A DNA stretch of 64,000 nucleotides, taken from assembly GCA_024640255.1 (NCBI GenBank), contig JAHEFI010000047.1:16689-80688 (forward strand), in the 5' to 3' direction. The stretch comes from Bacteroidota bacterium. GTDB taxonomy: Bacteria; Bacteroidota; Bacteroidia; Chitinophagales; Chitinophagaceae. The notes under the pieces are model-generated. The model was not told the origin of the DNA. It was given only the letters and a program-made list of their open reading frames with translations, and searched no databases. The position numbers and the translations under genes are program-made. Position 1 is the stretch's first letter, and each line of letters opens with the position of its first letter. Below are positions 58,893-64,000 of this stretch, one piece after another.

Positions 58893-58902
58893 ATTTCAAA
58901 TT

Positions 58903-61071
58903 TTAAAGTTTCACCATCTTGAACTGGTAACTTATTTTATTGTCTTGGGATGACACTTTAAGGATATAAATTCCAGATGCAAGCTCTCCCAGATTTATTT
59001 TATTGCCAGCTATCAGATTTTGCCTTGAAGCAACTTTTAAACCACTAGTAATTTCATATACTTCCAAGTTTAATCTTTGATAACTCTTAATTGCAAAATC
59101 AAAATTTAAGTATGAATTAAATGGATTTGGAGCAAGCTTGATAAATTCATCTGCATTTAAATTTATTATATCAGTTACTAGGTAGTAATACGGATTACTC
59201 ATGGTACTTGTGCATCCGTTTTGAGTAGTTTTTGCTGTATATGATCCAGCAGCTGTTGGTTTGATTCTTTGAGCTGTATCGCTTATTGCAGTGCCATCTT
59301 TGTACCAAATTAAATTGTTTGCATTTGCAACAAGATTATTAGTAGTGTCGCGAGAAATTGTAGGTGCTGATGGCTTTGCTAATTTTTTAATTTGTACCGT
59401 ATCTGATGAAATAACACAATTAGTTGCATCAGTTCTTGTCACAAATAATATTGCATTATCATTGAAATTTTTACTTGTTCCACTAATACTATCAATACTT
59501 GGCCCTGAGTACCATTTGAACTTATCATCTTTGTTTACATTTGTTATACTCAACTTTATGCTGTCTCCTGAACAAAATGTGAAATTTGAGGTATTATAGG
59601 TCGGCTTTTGTAATTTCATAGGTATGCATAAAAATCTTTTTTTCAGTACCTCTAGCATTGCTTTTGCGAATAAGTCATATTGGTAGTAATCCTTTTCTAC
59701 ATATTTATTGTTTTCATTAATAAAAACCGTTTTGAAAGGAAGTATATTCCCTCTATTACTCAGAGAATCATATAATCCGCAATCGTCTCCCCATGCAGAG
59801 TTTATATATCCTATATCCATTTTTCCATCATTATTAAAATCATAATTAAATAAGTGAGTTCCAGAACCGCCTGAACCACCTAAAAATTTTGTTTTAAAAG
59901 AAGTAGAAAATTGTATCATTGAAGTGTCATATTGAAAACTATGATCTTGCTTCTGAATTACAGCATAAATATTATTGTATGAATTTTTGCCATTCATTCC
60001 GCCACCTGTTACTGTCACAAAATCCTTTAATCCATCATTGTTTAGATCCATTAAAAGATAATCTCCACCATCTCCTTGAGGTATATATCTTGGAATGGAT
60101 ACTACACTTTTATCATTAAATCGTCCACTCCCCTGATTTAAAATTATTTTATCTTCAGTTGCATTTGCTCCATAAACTATTAAATCATTTTTCCCGTCAT
60201 TATTCACATCTGCAATTACTCCTCCAAAAGAATTTGTACAATTTATACAAATTTCACCAAATCCATTATTATTAAACCCAGGGAAATTTGAGGTATCATA
60301 AACGAATTTTGGGTGATTTTTTGAATCGAAATAAGGATAGCTATTTAAACCCCAGAGTATGTATGCAAAATTGTTGCCTGAAATATAAATATCAGGGTTT
60401 CCGTCACCATTTAAGTCATCAACATCACCAGATCCTTTGAATATTGTTGGCTTGCCACCAGGTACTCCACTTGGGTAGGTGTCGTTTTCATTAGTAATGA
60501 TCTCAGAATAATCATAACCACCTTTCCCATCACTCACCATTAATTTAACTGGAGCTATAGCATCATCTCCAGGGAAAATTACTATATCCACATAATTATC
60601 TGAATTCAAATAGACTGGAACTGCTTTCATTGCAGAGATTAAAACTTCTAAACTCTTTTGATTAACCAAATTTGTGTCTTTAAAGCTTTTATTTATTGTA
60701 TCCCAAAGTAAAAAAGAGAATCCTACTCCTCTATTTCTATCTTTATAGCTTGCGGAGTCAATGCCACCTGGAGTAAAAACATCTATCCATCCATCATTGT
60801 TAAAGTCCCCACAAATAGATCCACCCCAGCCGCCCTGAATACAATTTTGTTGATTTGCAATTTGTGAAAAACTAAGAGGTTTTTGATAAGCCTGTATGAT
60901 TAAATCTTTCATTACTGGCGTATTCCTTTTCCAATAATTAGCACCTAATGATTTAACATTGTTTGGGACTTTATAACCTTTAAAGTTTTTAATTACTGAA
61001 TCTATATTGAAAGTTTGAGAGTAGATATTATTTATAAATAAAATTGCTAAAACAAAAAGTAATCTTCTCAT
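58903..61071 (-). CDS. FG-GAP/VCBS-repeat protein with Ig-like domain and T9SS type-A C-terminal sorting domain
   Basis: Repeated D(F/L/V)NNDG..D motifs, signal peptide, C-terminal APNPF...GIYILKV...FKMVKL. Confidence 0.88.
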   Translation of the reverse strand: MRRLLFVLAILFINNIYSQTFNIDSVIKNFKGYKVPNNVKSLGANYWKRNTPVMKDLIIQAYQKPLSFSQIANQQNCIQGGWGGSICGDFNNDGWIDVFTPGGIDSASYKDRNRGVGFSFLLWDTINKSFKDTNLVNQKSLEVLISAMKAVPVYLNSDNYVDIVIFPGDDAIAPVKLMVSDGKGGYDYSEIITNENDTYPSGVPGGKPTIFKGSGDVDDLNGDGNPDIYISGNNFAYILWGLNSYPYFDSKNHPKFVYDTSNFPGFNNNGFGEICINCTNSFGGVIADVNNDGKNDLIVYGANATEDKIILNQGSGRFNDKSVVSIPRYIPQGDGGDYLLMDLNNDGLKDFVTVTGGGMNGKNSYNNIYAVIQKQDHSFQYDTSMIQFSTSFKTKFLGGSGGSGTHLFNYDFNNDGKMDIGYINSAWGDDCGLYDSLSNRGNILPFKTVFINENNKYVEKDYYQYDLFAKAMLEVLKKRFLCIPMKLQKPTYNTSNFTFCSGDSIKLSITNVNKDDKFKWYSGPSIDSISGTSKNFNDNAILFVTRTDATNCVISSDTVQIKKLAKPSAPTISRDTTNNLVANANNLIWYKDGTAISDTAQRIKPTAAGSYTAKTTQNGCTSTMSNPYYYLVTDIINLNADEFIKLAPNPFNSYLNFDFAIKSYQRLNLEVYEITSGLKVASRQNLIAGNKINLGELASGIYILKVSSQDNKISYQFKMVKL

Positions 61072-61120
61072 GAATTCTAATTATTTTTCCCTTTAATAAA
61101 GTGAGTTTTTTAATTATGTT

Positions 61121-62707
61121 CTATTTTAAGAAATATAATTTTGTTTTATTTCTCTTTGCATCATCCCAATTATAGAATATGTCCCACCAATTTGTATATC
61201 CAATATTTTTACTAACGCCTCCAATCATTATATTATCTAAAACATTATTGTTGTATCCTGGCATAGACTGCCACCAATAAACATGATATTTTATTTCAGT
61301 TGTAGCACCCATCATTTGGTTTGCATTTGGATATGAAATGTCTTTATTATAGTCGATATTGACTGTTGCATTATAAGCAGGTGAAATCATATTAATTTTA
61401 TTTTCAAATGTATATGATTTATTTAACCATGTATATGCATTCACGTCAACAAATGTTCCTCCAGATAGTTTCCATGTTTCAATATCAGATTTTGCCGCAG
61501 CTTTATTTCCATATTCATAATCTTTCAATGAATTTGGAGCCCAATGAGTAATGATTCCAGCGTTGCCTTTTGTGAAGTTTAGCCAAGTGGTCATATCCAT
61601 CTCCATCATTTGTCTTTCAATCTGATGTCCTCTGTTATGCAGGTCAGTATCAACTCCTCTCCATCCATTGAATCCATACATTACATATGTTTTGTTATAA
61701 GTTGGGATCGTTGGCGTTCCACCATTTGATATATTACCATAAGGTCCTGCCATATTTGATTCTGGAACATTATAGCTTAAATCCCCAACTTCTTTAACAA
61801 ATGATGTGAACCAAACTTCTTTAACGCCGAGGTTTTCAACATAGTTTTTCAAGTTAATTCTCGTAAGTAATTCGTTGAAATCTATTTTGTAAAAGTACAT
61901 TTTAACTTTGTTGCCATTTCCTACAGTATCAACCATTGATGAATCATTTAATATATAATTAACTTTAGATACATTAATAAAAGCAACAACATCAATATTT
62001 ATATATGGCTTAACAGTGTTTGTTCCATAGTCGTGAAATTTAGTTCCTTGTTCAATATAATTTTTCTCAATAATTTTTTCAGTCAATATTTTTTGCTTTG
62101 CTCTATCAAGTGTATATCTTTGGTTAGCGTCATAAACACCTAATGGATTATGTGTCTTATATCTATCAAGTAAAACACCGTCAGCAGTTGGTAAATAATT
62201 TAATATTATTACTGGAACTTTAATAACACCTGAATTGTTGGATTTTAAAAGTTCATCTACTGGGACAATTTCAAAAGTTCCATCCGAAGATTTAATTGCT
62301 CTTCCAAGTGGATTATTTATTACACTTATAGATTTATTTTTTGTATTTGAACTTGTAGATTTTGATGTAAGTGTAATGTTTATTGAATAGTTACCGGTGA
62401 ATTTTAATCCTGGTAAGTTCAAGTTTAAATTTGAACTGTTTGAAGTAGTATCGAGTTTATAAATTTGTTTAGAGCTATCAGTCCAAGTAGCTGTTATCGA
62501 AAATAGAATCCCATTGGAGGGTAATTTTGAACTGATTGAAATGATTAATGGTAACGTATCTGCAACATTATATTTGCCAGTGTCTAAATTGGTAGTAAAT
62601 GCAATGGACTCTTCTTTAGAAACAATTGGAAGAAGTGATTGTCCTTTATCTGTTTTTGTACAAGATGCTGCAATAAAAATCCCCAAAGCAAAGATTAATT
62701 TTTTCAT
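61121..62707 (-). CDS. Hypothetical lipoprotein with beta-sandwich N-domain and HxxGHxxE zincin-like motif
   Basis: Lipobox IAASC, motif LHNRGHQIE; -7 box TATATTTG on the minus strand at 62741-62748. Confidence 0.75.
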   Translation of the reverse strand: MKKLIFALGIFIAASCTKTDKGQSLLPIVSKEESIAFTTNLDTGKYNVADTLPLIISISSKLPSNGILFSITATWTDSSKQIYKLDTTSNSSNLNLNLPGLKFTGNYSINITLTSKSTSSNTKNKSISVINNPLGRAIKSSDGTFEIVPVDELLKSNNSGVIKVPVIILNYLPTADGVLLDRYKTHNPLGVYDANQRYTLDRAKQKILTEKIIEKNYIEQGTKFHDYGTNTVKPYINIDVVAFINVSKVNYILNDSSMVDTVGNGNKVKMYFYKIDFNELLTRINLKNYVENLGVKEVWFTSFVKEVGDLSYNVPESNMAGPYGNISNGGTPTIPTYNKTYVMYGFNGWRGVDTDLHNRGHQIERQMMEMDMTTWLNFTKGNAGIITHWAPNSLKDYEYGNKAAAKSDIETWKLSGGTFVDVNAYTWLNKSYTFENKINMISPAYNATVNIDYNKDISYPNANQMMGATTEIKYHVYWWQSMPGYNNNVLDNIMIGGVSKNIGYTNWWDIFYNWDDAKRNKTKLYFLK

Positions 62708-62766
62708 GATTTAAGTTTTAATCTATCCTTTGGGGTATGACAAATATATAACAGAAAAACTAAATT

Positions 62767-64000
62767 TTAACCTTTCTTCCCAAACACCCTTACATTCAGA
62801 GCGGCTATTTCAATTGTTGTCCTAATTTTTGGGTCGATGTAGTGCTTTTTCAATACACCTCTATCTGCGCTATTGGTAACTAAACCTGTATCAACACCCA
62901 ATTCTTTGTTGTGCCATGAAATGTATGTTTTGCGCAGGTTGCTTAGACTGATGTCTTTGGTAATTCCTGCAGCTTCTTTGTAAAAAGTGAATCCTTTACT
63001 TAAGTCGTTCATGATTGTCTTTGTGCTAACATCTCTTTCAGGAAAAAGGATGTATTCGTCTTTGCCCAACATGTCATCCATTCCCAAGTATCTCAAGTAA
63101 TCTTCTAGGTCCTTGTTGATAGGGAAGTACTTGGTGTACTCTTTTGCGTTCTTTTTGATTCTGGTAACTTTAAGGTTGGTTACAATAAAAGTTTTTACGC
63201 CACTATCTAAAGTGTAGATGTCAGACCACTTTAGATCAACGACTTCCTCGCGTCTACCTCCTGTTAAAAGGAACATGTAAAACCCATCCTTTAGATAATG
63301 CCTATACCTGTTTTTGGACTCACCTTTACCTCCAAGTGTTTGTATTGGGGATGCAGTATCTACAGCTTTTATTATCATCTCAAATTCATCTTCTGTGATT
63401 GTATCAATACTTGGAGGTATTGCCACTTTGGGCACGAACTTCCTAAATGGATTCTTCATATCTATATTCTCTATATCAATTAGAAATTCAAAAAATGCAC
63501 GTACAGCTATAAAACACTTATTAAAGGTTTTTGGTGCGTAGGTTTCTTCTGCCCATTTGTAGAAGTTGGAAACATCCTCTGTTTTAATATCTGCTGGACG
63601 TATTCTTTTGACGTTTTTAGATAAGGATAGGTTTTCAACGAATTTCCAGCAATATCTCACACTTTCGTCAATATGTCCTTGGGTTACGTTCTTTTTAAGG
63701 TGAGCAAACTTGGATTCCCCTGACATATACTCTCTATATTTGATAATTGCATCTCCAATTGAGTAGTCTGTAGATATATCAGAGAATATTGTATTTATTT
63801 TTTCAAATCCATTTGACTTTAACTCTCTTTCAAAATCAACGCATTCTGCAACTGCATCATTGTAATTGTCTGCCTCAAGATTTTTACTTTTTACTTCATG
63901 CTTTGTTCCAGGTACATGAATTCTAACCTGATAAATTTGCCTATCATAGTGCTTGCAATTTGGATTGTGAATACGACATGTCTTACAAAATATCTTTAAT
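62767..64000 (-). CDS. Tyrosine recombinase/integrase, 5'-truncated by the window edge
   Basis: TGGRREEVVDLKWSDI (catalytic Arg), NLK, SNLRKTY and HY motifs, plus SAM-like NPF region. The frame stays open for 91 codons upstream of the ORF-track Met at 63726, to the window end. Confidence 0.9.
   Translation of the reverse strand, partial: LKIFCKTCRIHNPNCKHYDRQIYQVRIHVPGTKHEVKSKNLEADNYNDAVAECVDFERELKSNGFEKINTIFSDISTDYSIGDAIIKYREYMSGESKFAHLKKNVTQGHIDESVRYCWKFVENLSLSKNVKRIRPADIKTEDVSNFYKWAEETYAPKTFNKCFIAVRAFFEFLIDIENIDMKNPFRKFVPKVAIPPSIDTITEDEFEMIIKAVDTASPIQTLGGKGESKNRYRHYLKDGFYMFLLTGGRREEVVDLKWSDIYTLDSGVKTFIVTNLKVTRIKKNAKEYTKYFPINKDLEDYLRYLGMDDMLGKDEYILFPERDVSTKTIMNDLSKGFTFYKEAAGITKDISLSNLRKTYISWHNKELGVDTGLVTNSADRGVLKKHYIDPKIRTTIEIAALNVRVFGKKG

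Larger units (their letters stand above)
58788..64000. mobile_element. Left end of a putative integrative element/genomic island at tRNA-Met; continues beyond the window
   Basis: tRNA 3' end, repeats, abrupt switch from core genes to accessory secreted proteins, and a tyrosine recombinase gene. The second att copy is not visible. Confidence 0.72.

Noticed and set aside
61072-61120. Integron attC site between the cargo genes
   Set aside because: No RYYYAAC...GTTRRRY inverted-core structure, and the recombinase lacks recognisable IntI features.

Overview
AT-rich, very compact chromosomal segment from a Bacteroidota bacterium, most likely Chitinophagaceae. This placement is inferred from TAnnTTTG promoters, lack of Shine-Dalgarno sequences, Gld/T9SS genes and protein similarities. 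Positions 1-58.7 kb are core genome: fabF-rnc, iscSUA, a fused gldF-gldG, lspA-ileS-dksA, rbfA, frr, scpA, dxs, a LytS/LytTR pair, GGGP synthase, class II RNR nrdJ, a GMC dehydrogenase pair, metG, purQ, dsbD, ECF sigma/uvrA, glyA, guaB, dprA, queE, folD, radC, prs-rplY-pth and tRNA-Met. From about 58.8 kb to the window edge is the left end of a putative tRNA-Met-integrated element. It carries three tandem 12-bp repeats, two secreted cargo proteins and a divergent tyrosine recombinase with an N-terminal Cys/His motif that the ORF track missed. The most notable signals are: (i) about nine genes whose -7 promoter box lies only 3-6 nt before the ATG, suggesting leaderless mRNAs, including a 27-bp back-to-back pair; (ii) a one-Cys DksA fused to a histone-H1-like PAKKAA tail; (iii) DnaA boxes upstream of nrdJ; (iv) IleRS with a GIHH motif; (v) the integrase and att architecture. 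No CRISPR, rRNA or recognisable defence system was seen. All annotations come from motif recognition by eye; no searches were run.
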